From an uncultured bacterium (GTDB lineage Bacteria > Hydrothermota > Hydrothermia > WGAB01): a stretch of DNA of 56,525 nucleotides. Position numbers and translations under genes: made by a program. This document shows positions 38,612-48,166 of this stretch, in pieces (the first letter of the stretch is position 1; each line of letters starts with the position of its first letter). The DNA lies in assembly GCA_964422065.1 (NCBI GenBank), contig CAYQZW010000003.1, positions 1 through 56,525 on the forward strand, given 5' to 3'. Below the pieces are notes generated by a model. The model did no database searches, was not told the DNA's origin, and worked only from the letters and a program-made list of their open reading frames with translations.

Positions 38612-39612
38612 GCCAGCCCAAAGAACCGAAGGATCACCCCCAGCAAGAGGCCACCGACGAACAGCAGGCCGAACCGCCGATTGTGGACAAAGGCATATGC
38701 GACGTACCACAACGGCCAGGACTCCGGAGGGTAGTCCGGAGGGGGTGCTTTGGGTTTTTCCTGGCCGAAGATTTTCCAGGCCTCTCGGAACTCACGCCAC
38801 GCCAGCACGACCAGGAGGGTCGGCCAAGGCAGGACCTTGAGGACGACGAGCAGGCCCACCCCCAGGTACATCGCCAGCATCAAGCCTCTGGCCCAGCGTC
38901 GGGCTCGGTCTTTCCCAAGCAGGATGGGCAAGGTCCGGATCCCCCGCTTCCGGTCATCTTCAAACTTGTCAATGTGTTTCCCGAAAAGCACGCTGGTCGG
39001 ACCGAGGGCATAGACCAGGCCCGCCCAGAAGACTTCCCATCGCCAGTGTCCGGTGATCACGAAATAGGAGCCGGCGACCATCAGCGGGCCCCAAACCACG
39101 ATCACCAGGGGTTCCCCGAGGGCGATCCGCTTGGAAAAGGAATAGCCCAGAATGGCAGCCAGACCCAAGGCGGCGAGGGCGAACACCAACGGACCCCGGA
39201 CCCACGTGAGATAGGCGCCGATCGCTGCAGCAAGCGCCAAGGTCACCGCCGCATATCGGAGCAATGCCCGTTCTGTGAGCAGACCCGCAACCAGGGGCTG
39301 AGGGCCGTATTGCGCCCGGAAATAGTTGGCTTCATCGAGCCCGAGTTTGTAGTCAAAGAGGTCGTTGAATAGATTGCTGGCGCCATGAGCCAGGATGAGC
39401 CCAAGCGCGGTCAGGAGATAGAGCCCGAGATGGAATTGGCCGTGATACGCGGCAAACAGGCCACCGATGGTGGCCGAGACAAAAGTCATCACGAATACAG
39501 CCGCACGGGTGCTGATCAGCCATCGCGTCAAGAGATCAAACCTTCGCCATTCCTGGGGACTTACGCGGGGAATGACCCGCAGCGCAGCGATCCACATCCG
39601 AACCATGGTCAT
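38608..39612 (-). CDS. UbiA-family prenyltransferase (MenA-like)
   Basis: NLFNDLFDYKLGLD, LGEPLV, IDKFEDDRKRGIRTLP; TM helices. Confidence 0.8.
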   Translation of the reverse strand: MTMVRMWIAALRVIPRVSPQEWRRFDLLTRWLISTRAAVFVMTFVSATIGGLFAAYHGQFHLGLYLLTALGLILAHGASNLFNDLFDYKLGLDEANYFRAQYGPQPLVAGLLTERALLRYAAVTLALAAAIGAYLTWVRGPLVFALAALGLAAILGYSFSKRIALGEPLVIVVWGPLMVAGSYFVITGHWRWEVFWAGLVYALGPTSVLFGKHIDKFEDDRKRGIRTLPILLGKDRARRWARGLMLAMYLGVGLLVVLKVLPWPTLLVVLAWREFREAWKIFGQEKPKAPPPDYPPESWPLWYVAYAFVHNRRFGLLFVGGLLLGVILRFFGLA

Positions 39613-39630
39613 CTCTCCTTTCTGTGCTTG

Positions 39631-40836
39631 CTACGCGCCAAACTTCTTCAGGCGGCGGGCGTTGGCCAGGATGAGCGGCATCAGTTCGACCGCCCGAAGG
39701 ATGCCCAGTGAACCTTTGCGACATTCGGCTTCCGAGAATCCGACGACCCGATCCTGGCCGGAGTATCTGGAGTGGATCAGCAGAGGCACCGGATGCCAGG
39801 AGTGGCTTTTGAGCAGTGTGGGCGTGGAGTGGTCACCGGTTACGACCAGGACATCCGGCTCTAATGCCAGGATCTCCGGAAGCCGGCGATCGGCCTCCTC
39901 CAGGCGTTCCACCTTTTTCTCAAAGTCTCCATCCTCGCCCGCCTTGTCCGGGTCTTTGAAGTGGATGTAAAAGAAATCGTACCGCTCGTATTCCTGCTGT
40001 AAGAGGCGCAATTCGTCCTCAAAGGTCTGAAGGTCCATGGGGGTGTCCATCCCGAGGATGCGGGTGATACCCCGATACATCGGATACGTGGCCAAGGCCA
40101 AGGCACGGAGCCGATATCGTTCTGGAAAGGGCTGGATTTGAGGGATGGACGAAAAGCCTCGGAGCAGGATCCCATTGGCCCGGGGCTCGTCGCTCAGGAC
40201 CTCCCGCGCACGTTTCAAGAACTTTTTGACGACCCGAGCGGTAAACCGGGACGGGAAATCCCCGCCCTCGGGCTCCACCGGGAACAGCCCCTCTTTCTGG
40301 GGGTCGGTATCCGGCAACCGATCCCCCAGTCCTTCGCCCCGGAAAATGACGACGAACCGGTGTTCTTTGCCGGGCTTCAGGATCACCTGGACCCCTTCGA
40401 CCGAGGTGATCTCGGCCTGAAGTTTTTGGACCAAACGGGCACACTCTTCAGAGGAGATGCGGCCAGCCCGCCGATCCACGACCCGGCCTTCCTCGTCAAA
40501 CGTTGCGAAGTTGCCCCGAGCGGCCACATCGCCGTTCTCCAGGGTCAGGCCGATCCCATAGGCCTCCAGAACCCCACGGCCGATTTGGTATCGTTCCGGA
40601 TCGTAGCCGAACAGGGCCAGGTGGGCCGGCCCCGAGCCAGGGGTGATGCCTGGCCGGACCGGGATGCTCAGCCCGACCGCACTTTCGGCGGCAAGCCGGT
40701 CTAAGTTCGGAGTACGTGCGGCCTCCAGTTCCGTCTGGTTCCCGTGCTCAGGATGGGGGACCCCGCCCAGGCCATCCAGGACCCATAACACGATTTTTGT
40801 CCGCTCTTCTTTCAACAAACCCCGGATGATATTCAC
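39631..40836 (-). CDS. apgM: 2,3-bisphosphoglycerate-independent phosphoglycerate mutase (ApgM type)
   Basis: LDGLG, TELEAARTPNLD, PGSGPAHLALFGYDP, DRRAGRI, TGDHSTP, HSWHPVP. Confidence 0.92.
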   Translation of the reverse strand: MNIIRGLLKEERTKIVLWVLDGLGGVPHPEHGNQTELEAARTPNLDRLAAESAVGLSIPVRPGITPGSGPAHLALFGYDPERYQIGRGVLEAYGIGLTLENGDVAARGNFATFDEEGRVVDRRAGRISSEECARLVQKLQAEITSVEGVQVILKPGKEHRFVVIFRGEGLGDRLPDTDPQKEGLFPVEPEGGDFPSRFTARVVKKFLKRAREVLSDEPRANGILLRGFSSIPQIQPFPERYRLRALALATYPMYRGITRILGMDTPMDLQTFEDELRLLQQEYERYDFFYIHFKDPDKAGEDGDFEKKVERLEEADRRLPEILALEPDVLVVTGDHSTPTLLKSHSWHPVPLLIHSRYSGQDRVVGFSEAECRKGSLGILRAVELMPLILANARRLKKFGA

Positions 40837-40952
40837 GGCAAGCCTCCCCTTTTCAGGCCTAAATTATAACACCCCTTGCCTTTGGAACTGCCGTGATCAC
40901 AATTCTCAGATCTCCATTGTCTTTTTTCGGGGGGCGGCGTATATTTACCCCG

Positions 40953-42038
40953 ATGCGAACCGGGACTGCCGACCTCCCGTTGCATACCGGCAAAGCCCCT
41001 CGGTGGCTCTTTGACCGGATGGTACGCCTGGCCGGGGCCATCCTGGAGGCCATCGTCATGGACCTCGGGGAACAGGAGGTCTTGCGCCGCCTCCAGGACC
41101 CTTTCTGGTTTCAGGCCTTTGGGGCCCTCCTGGGCTTTGATTGGCATTCCTCGGGCCTCACGACCACCACCACCGGTGCGATTAAAGAGGCCCTGAAACA
41201 ACGAGACCTTGGCATCTATGTCGCCGGAGGGAAAGGCGCAACCTCCCGGAAGACCCCGGACCAGATCCAACAGATCGCCGAACGGATCGGCTTGGACCCC
41301 CATCCTCTCATCTATGCCAGCCGCATGTCTGCGAAGGTGGATTCCGCTGCTCTTCAAGACGGCTACCAGATTTATCACCACGTTTTCGTGTTTACCCGAC
41401 AGGGCCACTGGGTGGTGATCCAGCAGGGCATGAACCCCCTCAAGCGTTACGCCCGCCGGTATCACTGGTCAGATGATCGGCTGATCTCTTTCGTGGTGGA
41501 ACCCCATGCCGGGATCGCTGCTCAACGTCGCGAGCCACAAGTCCTGGATCTCACGGCCCGGCAAAGCCAGGAGACCCAGCACGTCATGGTTGAGTTGGCG
41601 AAGGAAGGGCCGGATCGTGTCCTCCGGGATCTTGAAACACTCCGGTCGGTCCGGCTCCCCCGTCGTCATGCCTTATGGCTTCAAGACATCCGGCCGGAGC
41701 ATCTCCGGAAGATCCTCTTAAAGACCTATGAGCGTGCACCCCAGACGTTTGAAGAGATGTTAGGTCTTCGGGGTGTGGGCCCCAAAACACTTCGGGCACT
41801 CGCACTGGTTTCGGACATCATTTACGGCGCCAAACCCTCTTACCAAGATCCTGCCGTGTATGCCTTTGCCCATGGAGGCAAGGACGGCTATCCGTATCCC
41901 GTGAGTCGGCGGGTCTATGACCGTTCTATTGACGTCGTCGAGCGGGCCATCCGGCTCGCAAAGTTAGGGAACCGGGAGAAACTCCAGGCTCTAAGAAAGT
42001 TAGGGCAACTCTTTACGGACGAGGAGGTTTTAAAATGA
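40953..42038 (+). CDS. DUF763 family protein
   Basis: ADLPLHTGKAPRWL, DPFWFQ, DWHSSG, AKVDSAALQDGY, ARRYHW, HhH-like GVGPKTLRAL, AHGGKDGYPYPV. Confidence 0.88.
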   Translation: MRTGTADLPLHTGKAPRWLFDRMVRLAGAILEAIVMDLGEQEVLRRLQDPFWFQAFGALLGFDWHSSGLTTTTTGAIKEALKQRDLGIYVAGGKGATSRKTPDQIQQIAERIGLDPHPLIYASRMSAKVDSAALQDGYQIYHHVFVFTRQGHWVVIQQGMNPLKRYARRYHWSDDRLISFVVEPHAGIAAQRREPQVLDLTARQSQETQHVMVELAKEGPDRVLRDLETLRSVRLPRRHALWLQDIRPEHLRKILLKTYERAPQTFEEMLGLRGVGPKTLRALALVSDIIYGAKPSYQDPAVYAFAHGGKDGYPYPVSRRVYDRSIDVVERAIRLAKLGNREKLQALRKLGQLFTDEEVLK

Positions 42039-44932
42039 GACGATGGATATGGCTCGGGGTTTTGTGGGGATGGCTGGGCGTGGGGGGCGCAGAAACCATC
42101 CTGAAGACCCTCCCCTGCCCGGGCCCGGACGATGGCTACTATGCCTGGGGCCTGACCTTTGTCAATGGGCACCTGTATGTGGCCGATGATCTGTGGGGCC
42201 GAGTTTACGTTGTGGACACCACCGATGGCACGGTTCTGGACTCGTTCCCCGGACCCAACGATTCGAACCACGGCCTCGCCTTTGATGGGACGTACCTGTG
42301 GTACGCTTCGTATCGCTGGACTTCGCCCTACATCTACAAACTGACCCTGAACGGCCAGAAAGTAGACTCCATCCATGTTTTGGATTTCGCGGCCGGAGAC
42401 TATATCGGGGGCTTGACCTGGGACGGTCAGTATCTCTGGGTCTCGATTTATTATCCCAACGACCCGCTCAATCTTTACCGGGTGGATGTCACGACCCATC
42501 AGGCGGTAGACACGCTGCCCGCACAGGGTACACAGCCCTACGGGCTGGCCTGGGACGGCCAAGCCCTCTGGAACGTCATGGACGACAACGATGGCGACCC
42601 GGAACGGGTCTGGAAACTCGATCCTCAGACCGGCGATACCCTCCTCTCTTTTCCGGTCCCGACGACGCGACCCCGTGACCTCACCTGGGACGGAGAGGCG
42701 CTCTGGCTGATCGCAGAGACAGAAAACGGCCCCGGCATGACCCTCTATCGCATTGACCCCTATGGCACGGGCTATCCGGAAATTTTCGTGCCGCTCACCC
42801 AATACAACTTCGGGACCGTCCCAGTGGGCGATTCCGGTGTCTGGAACCTCCAGGTCTTGAACAATGGCACCGCCCCGCTGGTGATCGACAGCCTGCCCAG
42901 CACTCATCCTGCCTTCCATGCCGGCACTTCCTTCCCTGTCACCATTGCCCCGGGCAACATGGATCTCCTTCCCGTGGTCTTTGCCCCGCCCTCACCAGGC
43001 CCTTATCAGGCCACCTTAACGCTCTATTCCAACGATCCGGTGCAACCGACCATCCCCTTGACCGTGGAAGGCACAGGTGTGTTCCAGGGACCGGAGATCG
43101 AACTTCCGGATACCGTACATGACTATGGGAGTGTGCGTGCCCGTGCGCTGACCCGGTGGTGGCTCCGGGTGGTCAACCTCGGAAGCGAGCCTCTAATCCT
43201 GGACTCCGCGTTGGTGGAGGTTCCGGTAACCGATTGCCAGGGAACTTTTTACATTGAGCCGTATGAATTTCCGATCACAGTCTGGCCCATGGACACGGCC
43301 CGGATCCCGGTCTGGTTCTGGGCGCCGGATACCGGCAATGCCAGTGCAGCGGTGGAAATCTTTTCCAACGATCCCGATGAGCCCGTACGATGGGTGTACC
43401 TGGAGGGGAGCGGAGACCCCACGCCGGTCCCTGAAGGCGGCTTCTTCTGGCTCCATGTCGTCCAGGGTGAGATCTGGGAACACATCCGGTCTCTGAAGAC
43501 GATTCAAGACCTCAATGGGGACAGTATCCCGGAAGTCCTGGCGGTTTCTGAAAACGACACCCTTTACTGCCTGAACGGCAACGCGTATTTGACGGGCGAC
43601 GTCCTGTGGAAGTTTCCGACCCCCCCGCCCTATGTGGAACGGGGCATGATTGTGATCCCGGATGTGGACGGGGATGGGGTCCAGGACATCGCCCTGGCCA
43701 CCGTCTGGGGTGGGCGACAGGTCCGGGTCATCTCCGGGAAGACCGGGACCCTCATCTGGCAATACGACACCCACGAGTACGGCGAAGGCGGCTGGGTCTA
43801 TGAGGTCGCAAAATTTGTGGATCTCACCGGCGATGGCATCCCGGAGATCCTGGCCGGCGCGGGGGATGACGCTTATGGCACCGGACCAAAGCGTGGGTAT
43901 TGCTTTAATGGCGCAACCGGCACAAAGATCTGGGAAGCCCCGGCCGGCTATGCCGTGCTGGGGATCCGGGCGATCGGCGATGTGAACGGGGATGGCGTCC
44001 CCGAGGTGGCGATGGCAACCGCGGATGGCTCCCCCTCCTCGTACAACGTGATCCTGGTGGACGGCGCCACAGGCTCCCAGATCTGGCAGCAGTCCCTGGC
44101 ATCTTATGGGGCGGGCTGGACCGTGGTCCCGGTCGGGGATGTCAATGACGACGGTACCCCGGACCTTGCTGCCGGTACCCATGGCTATGTCGTGATCCTG
44201 AACGGCGCCAACGGCTCGGTGCTCCATGCGGTCAACGTCGGGAGCATTGTGGTGGAACTCGTGCCGATGGAAGACATGAACGGCGATGGCACCCCGGAAC
44301 TGTTGCCCGCCGGTACTGTACCCGCACTTTACAACGTGAACCCCAGAACGGGCACGTTCAACTGGGTGGCCACAACCCCGGATATGGTGTTCTCCGTGGC
44401 CCCGATTGAAGACATCACCGGAGACGGGGTGCAGGATCTCATTGTCGGAACCGGGTACACGACGAATCGGCTCCAGGTGGTCTCCGGGTCGTCCGGAACC
44501 CCGATCTGGGAGATCCCGATGTCCGGCCCCGTGGAGGTGGTCTACGGCATCCCCTCCATTGATGGCAATTCGACGATGGATGTTCTGGCAGGCACGCGGA
44601 ACGGGATGATCGCCGCTTATTCCAACGGTGCGGGGTATGACGTGGAGGAACAGGTACAGGTCGGCTCCCCTGCCCGGCTCCAGGTCTGGCCGACCGTGAC
44701 CCCTGGCGTCCTCAAGGTCCGCTGGATCCAACCCCGGCCCGGCACCTACAGGATTCAGGTGTATGACGTGTCAGGACGACAACTTCTGAGCGAGGTTTGG
44801 CGTGTGACGGAACGGGAACGGGAGGAGTATACCCTGGATCTCCGGAAACTCAAACAAGGGGTTTACTTTCTCGGATTGTCCAATGGACCACGGCGCGTTT
44901 CCATGGTCCGGTTTTTGAAGGTCGCGCCTTAG
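42035..44932 (+). CDS. Secreted protein: GL(T/A)WDG propeller + two ASH/choice-of-anchor-D domains + FG-GAP/PQQ-like propeller + T9SS-type CTD
   Basis: GLAFDGTYLW/GLTWDGQYLW repeats; two SNDP motifs; about seven DxxGDGxP(E/D) repeats; YDVEE linker; VYDVSGRQL...GVYFL. Confidence 0.8.
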   Translation: MRRWIWLGVLWGWLGVGGAETILKTLPCPGPDDGYYAWGLTFVNGHLYVADDLWGRVYVVDTTDGTVLDSFPGPNDSNHGLAFDGTYLWYASYRWTSPYIYKLTLNGQKVDSIHVLDFAAGDYIGGLTWDGQYLWVSIYYPNDPLNLYRVDVTTHQAVDTLPAQGTQPYGLAWDGQALWNVMDDNDGDPERVWKLDPQTGDTLLSFPVPTTRPRDLTWDGEALWLIAETENGPGMTLYRIDPYGTGYPEIFVPLTQYNFGTVPVGDSGVWNLQVLNNGTAPLVIDSLPSTHPAFHAGTSFPVTIAPGNMDLLPVVFAPPSPGPYQATLTLYSNDPVQPTIPLTVEGTGVFQGPEIELPDTVHDYGSVRARALTRWWLRVVNLGSEPLILDSALVEVPVTDCQGTFYIEPYEFPITVWPMDTARIPVWFWAPDTGNASAAVEIFSNDPDEPVRWVYLEGSGDPTPVPEGGFFWLHVVQGEIWEHIRSLKTIQDLNGDSIPEVLAVSENDTLYCLNGNAYLTGDVLWKFPTPPPYVERGMIVIPDVDGDGVQDIALATVWGGRQVRVISGKTGTLIWQYDTHEYGEGGWVYEVAKFVDLTGDGIPEILAGAGDDAYGTGPKRGYCFNGATGTKIWEAPAGYAVLGIRAIGDVNGDGVPEVAMATADGSPSSYNVILVDGATGSQIWQQSLASYGAGWTVVPVGDVNDDGTPDLAAGTHGYVVILNGANGSVLHAVNVGSIVVELVPMEDMNGDGTPELLPAGTVPALYNVNPRTGTFNWVATTPDMVFSVAPIEDITGDGVQDLIVGTGYTTNRLQVVSGSSGTPIWEIPMSGPVEVVYGIPSIDGNSTMDVLAGTRNGMIAAYSNGAGYDVEEQVQVGSPARLQVWPTVTPGVLKVRWIQPRPGTYRIQVYDVSGRQLLSEVWRVTEREREEYTLDLRKLKQGVYFLGLSNGPRRVSMVRFLKVAP

Positions 44933-44997
44933 GGTTTCGGTGGACGGAAGCCATCCCCACCCCCTCCTGTCGTGGGGGACCTGTTGAATGAAGCCGG

Positions 44998-45498
44998 TTA
45001 GATAAAGACGATCTGGGCCCCTTCGGTCATCTCAATGAACTCACTGGCGGTGACGATATCGTCGACCACCTCCAGGAAGTCGTCTTTGGTTAAGCCCATC
45101 ATGTCCACGGTCATTTTGCAGGCATAGAGTTTGGCGCCTGCGTCATGGAGCATTTCCAGCATTTCCCGGACCGGGGGAACTTCCAGTTCCTTCATCTTCT
45201 TCTTCATGAGGGCAGTGGCGATTTCGGTCATCCCGGGCAGGACACCCAGGATTTGAGGGATGCCCATGTCAATGGGAAAGCCCATCATGCCGGTTTTCAT
45301 ACTGGCGTTCCCCACCGGCGGGAGTTTGAGGTGGTCGACCCGTTTCTTGTTGATGAGGTCCAGACCCCAGAAGGTGAAGAAGAGGATGACTTCTACGCCC
45401 TCGCCGAGGGCGGCCCAGCCCATGATCAGGGCGGGATACGCCATATCCAGGTTCCCTTTGGAACAGATGAATGCGATTTTCCGGGTTTCTTCGGCCAT
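44998..45498 (-). CDS. DsrE/DrsE_2-family sulfur carrier protein
   Basis: AYPALI, FFTFWGL, LYACKMTVDMMG; SD AAGGAGG. Confidence 0.88.
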   Translation of the reverse strand: MAEETRKIAFICSKGNLDMAYPALIMGWAALGEGVEVILFFTFWGLDLINKKRVDHLKLPPVGNASMKTGMMGFPIDMGIPQILGVLPGMTEIATALMKKKMKELEVPPVREMLEMLHDAGAKLYACKMTVDMMGLTKDDFLEVVDDIVTASEFIEMTEGAQIVFI

Positions 45499-45589
45499 GG
45501 CAACCTCCTTCTTTGGCCTTCCAGTCTGCGGCCGGGGAAGCCGGCGTGACGGATCCTCGCTGGGCCGGCCGCTGACGGTAAGCCATGTC

Positions 45590-45904
45590 TTAGATGCACC
45601 CTTCGGGCTTCGGGACACCGGCGATCCGCGCCACCTTTTTGCCCGGGCCCTTGGGGAAGAGTTGGAACAACTCCTTGGTTGGCACCCCGGCCCCCTTGCT
45701 GATCTGCCGAAGGGTCGGCGATGTGCCCTTCTCCTTGTAGTAGTTGCGGACGAAATGGATGATCTCCCAGTGACGATCCGTCAACGCAATGCCCATCTCC
45801 TCCGCGATCGCCTGGGCAATCTCCGGTGTCCAATCGTCTGGATTGACGAGATACCCCTCGTCATTTACTTCGACTTCTTTGCTGGCAATGACTTTCGTCG
45901 GCAT
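45590..45904 (-). CDS. tusE: TusE/DsrC-family sulfur relay protein (single-Cys TusE type)
   Basis: EGYL...DW, LTDRHW, LFPKGP, C-terminus AGVPKPEGCI. Confidence 0.9.
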   Translation of the reverse strand: MPTKVIASKEVEVNDEGYLVNPDDWTPEIAQAIAEEMGIALTDRHWEIIHFVRNYYKEKGTSPTLRQISKGAGVPTKELFQLFPKGPGKKVARIAGVPKPEGCI

Positions 45905-45908
45905 GGTT

Positions 45909-46652
45909 TCACCTCCTTGAATTTTTGGCGTTGCCATTTTTTCGGCGGATTTCCCCACGCCCCAACGAAATCAAACGCAAGGATTGCATGGTGATCACGA
46001 GCCCCCGCCGGACATGGGGGTCCCGCAATAGTCTCAAAATGGTCCGCGTGGACACATCAATCTCCTCAGGATGCTCACTAACTTCACGGAAGGTCTCTGT
46101 GAACTCCTGCAGGAGATACAGGACATCCGGCTGGGTCAATTCCTTGATGGTTTCCAAGATGATGACGATGTTGTCGGCCAGGAGGCGGACGTCTTCCGGT
46201 GTAAAGTGGGTGATGATGTTGTCGGCGATGCGGATCGCTTCCTTGAAGAACGCAAAGTAGCCTTTCCGTTCCAGGTCGTCCAGTTGTTTCATCAGGGTGA
46301 GGAAGGCGTCCCGAGCCAAGGGACTGGCATCGCGCAGGAAGTCCTGCAGGCTCTCAATCTGATCAATCAGTTGTTCAAAGTTCTTGAGGTTCCGGAGTAA
46401 TCGCTTGCCAAAATGCAGGATGTCTTCCAGTTGGACATGTCGCTGGACCTCATCCAGTTGTTCCAGCAGGAGGAGGTAGACATCGTTGATGATGGGGATG
46501 AGGTCGGCCTTCAGTTCCTCCCGTTCCTGGTGGCGGCGCCGTTCTTCGCGGACGTACTCGGTGACCTCGGCGAGTTGTTTGGAGAGGTCGTCCAGTTGGG
46601 TCTGGAGCGCCTTCAGTTGCTCCTCAACGGTAGGGGAGGTGGCGGGTTCCAT
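45909..46652 (-). CDS. DUF1641-domain coiled-coil protein
   Basis: Helical; LERKGYF and C-terminal LRLLRDPHVRRGL; usual neighbour of sqr. Confidence 0.8.
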   Translation of the reverse strand: MEPATSPTVEEQLKALQTQLDDLSKQLAEVTEYVREERRRHQEREELKADLIPIINDVYLLLLEQLDEVQRHVQLEDILHFGKRLLRNLKNFEQLIDQIESLQDFLRDASPLARDAFLTLMKQLDDLERKGYFAFFKEAIRIADNIITHFTPEDVRLLADNIVIILETIKELTQPDVLYLLQEFTETFREVSEHPEEIDVSTRTILRLLRDPHVRRGLVITMQSLRLISLGRGEIRRKNGNAKNSRR

Positions 46653-46663
46653 GATGCACCTCC

Positions 46664-47896
46664 TCAGTACCACTTACCGGCCATGGTCAACTGCGCGGTA
46701 ATCGGCATGTGTTTGCCTTTGAGCAGGATGTTCCAATACATCCACCGGAACAGCATCTTGCCCCAGTGGTTCATCCGGGTCTCCTGGAGCAGGGAGAACG
46801 GCCCGATGGCCGGCAAGGGGAATTTGCCGGGCAGGGGCTCCACTTCGTAGTTGAAGTCAATGAGGATGCCCTTGCCAAACCCCGATTCAATGTAGCAGTT
46901 CGCGTGTCCATCAAAGGTGGGCTTGAGGTCTAAGCCGTCTATGTACCGCAGGAAATTGGGAACAAAGACGTCCACCATGAAGTGGGCCACAGAGCCCGCC
47001 TTGGAGGTGGGGACATCCGTGGCGTCTCCCAGGACAAAGATGTTGTCAAACTCCTTGGCCTTCAGGGTATGCCGGTCCGTCGGCACGAAGTTGAGGTCGT
47101 CTCCAATCCCCGAGCGTTCAATGGCATCGCTCCCCATGTGGATCGGGATGGTGACCAGGAGGTCATACGGCACTTCCTGCTCGTCGTATGAGATGATGAC
47201 CTTTTTCTCCGGATCCACACGCTCAATGAGGAAGTCCGGCACGAGTTGGATTCCCTTTTCTTCCAGCATGTTGCCGAGGATTTCCGAGGCCTTGGGCTTG
47301 GTGAACGCGCCGGGTAGGGGGGTCACATAGACGAGTTCCACCTTATCCCGGATCCCCTCTTCGTGGAAGTACCAATCGGCGAGGAAGATGAACTCCAGGG
47401 GCGCTACCGGGCATTTGATCGGCATGTCTACGACATTCACGACCAACCGGCCGCCCTGCCACTCCCGGAGTTTTTTCCTCAGCGCGACAGCCCCTTCAAT
47501 GGTGTAGAAGTCAAAGACAGACTTCCGCCATTCTTTGTCTACGAGTCCTGGGGTCTCGTCAGGCCGGGGGTGGGCGCCGGTCGCGATGATGAGGTAGTCG
47601 TAGGGCAAATACTGGCGGTCTGCCTTGATCCGGACACGGTTCTTGTCGGGCTCAATGGCCTCGATCTCGGAGAGGATGAACTTCACCCGAGAGGGGAGGT
47701 AGTCCCTCCTGGGCTTGATCACGTCGTTCTTGCTATAGATGCCAAACGGAATAAAGAGAAAGCCGGGCTGGTAATAGTGGGTAGGGTTGGCATCTACAAC
47801 CGTGATCTCCCACTCCTCGGGCTCCAATTCCCGAACCAGTCGGTTCGCGACGGTTGTCCCTGCTGTGCCTGCACCTAAGATCACAAGCCGTTTCAT
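46664..47896 (-). CDS. sqr: Sulfide:quinone oxidoreductase (type III-like)
   Basis: GAGTAG, HYYQPG, IKCPVAP, GDATDVPTSKAGS, FDGHANCYIE. Confidence 0.88.
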   Translation of the reverse strand: MKRLVILGAGTAGTTVANRLVRELEPEEWEITVVDANPTHYYQPGFLFIPFGIYSKNDVIKPRRDYLPSRVKFILSEIEAIEPDKNRVRIKADRQYLPYDYLIIATGAHPRPDETPGLVDKEWRKSVFDFYTIEGAVALRKKLREWQGGRLVVNVVDMPIKCPVAPLEFIFLADWYFHEEGIRDKVELVYVTPLPGAFTKPKASEILGNMLEEKGIQLVPDFLIERVDPEKKVIISYDEQEVPYDLLVTIPIHMGSDAIERSGIGDDLNFVPTDRHTLKAKEFDNIFVLGDATDVPTSKAGSVAHFMVDVFVPNFLRYIDGLDLKPTFDGHANCYIESGFGKGILIDFNYEVEPLPGKFPLPAIGPFSLLQETRMNHWGKMLFRWMYWNILLKGKHMPITAQLTMAGKWY

Positions 47897-48166
47897 GGTT
47901 CTTCACCTCTTCTTGATGTTTGGAGCCCGGGGCAGACATAAGCCGATCTGGGAACATCCAAGGTGCCCCGGGAAGACTGAAAGCCTGGAATTGAGGAAGT
48001 TTCTCTTTCATCGCAATATTCTGAGACATCAAAATTTTAAAGTTTTCGGTAAAGTTTTTCAATTGTTTTGATACTTGTCAAATTTTTGGCTTCCCTGGAT
48101 TCGACAACACGCACCTTGTAAGATTTGGGCTCTACCACGCCCAAAATGACCAAAAGGAGGTTTTTC

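Noticed and set aside
45528-45572. GCGGCCGG/CCGGCCGC stem between tusE and dsrE
   Set aside because: An 8-bp all-GC stem is expected by chance at this GC content; at most an mRNA stability hairpin.
45590-45904. DsrC as a marker of dissimilatory sulfate reduction
   Set aside because: The second conserved Cys is missing and dsrAB is not in the window.
48090-48110. CTGGATTCGAC resembling the tmRNA 5' end
   Set aside because: No GGGG acceptor stem and no room before rocD; it overlaps the likely rocD promoter.
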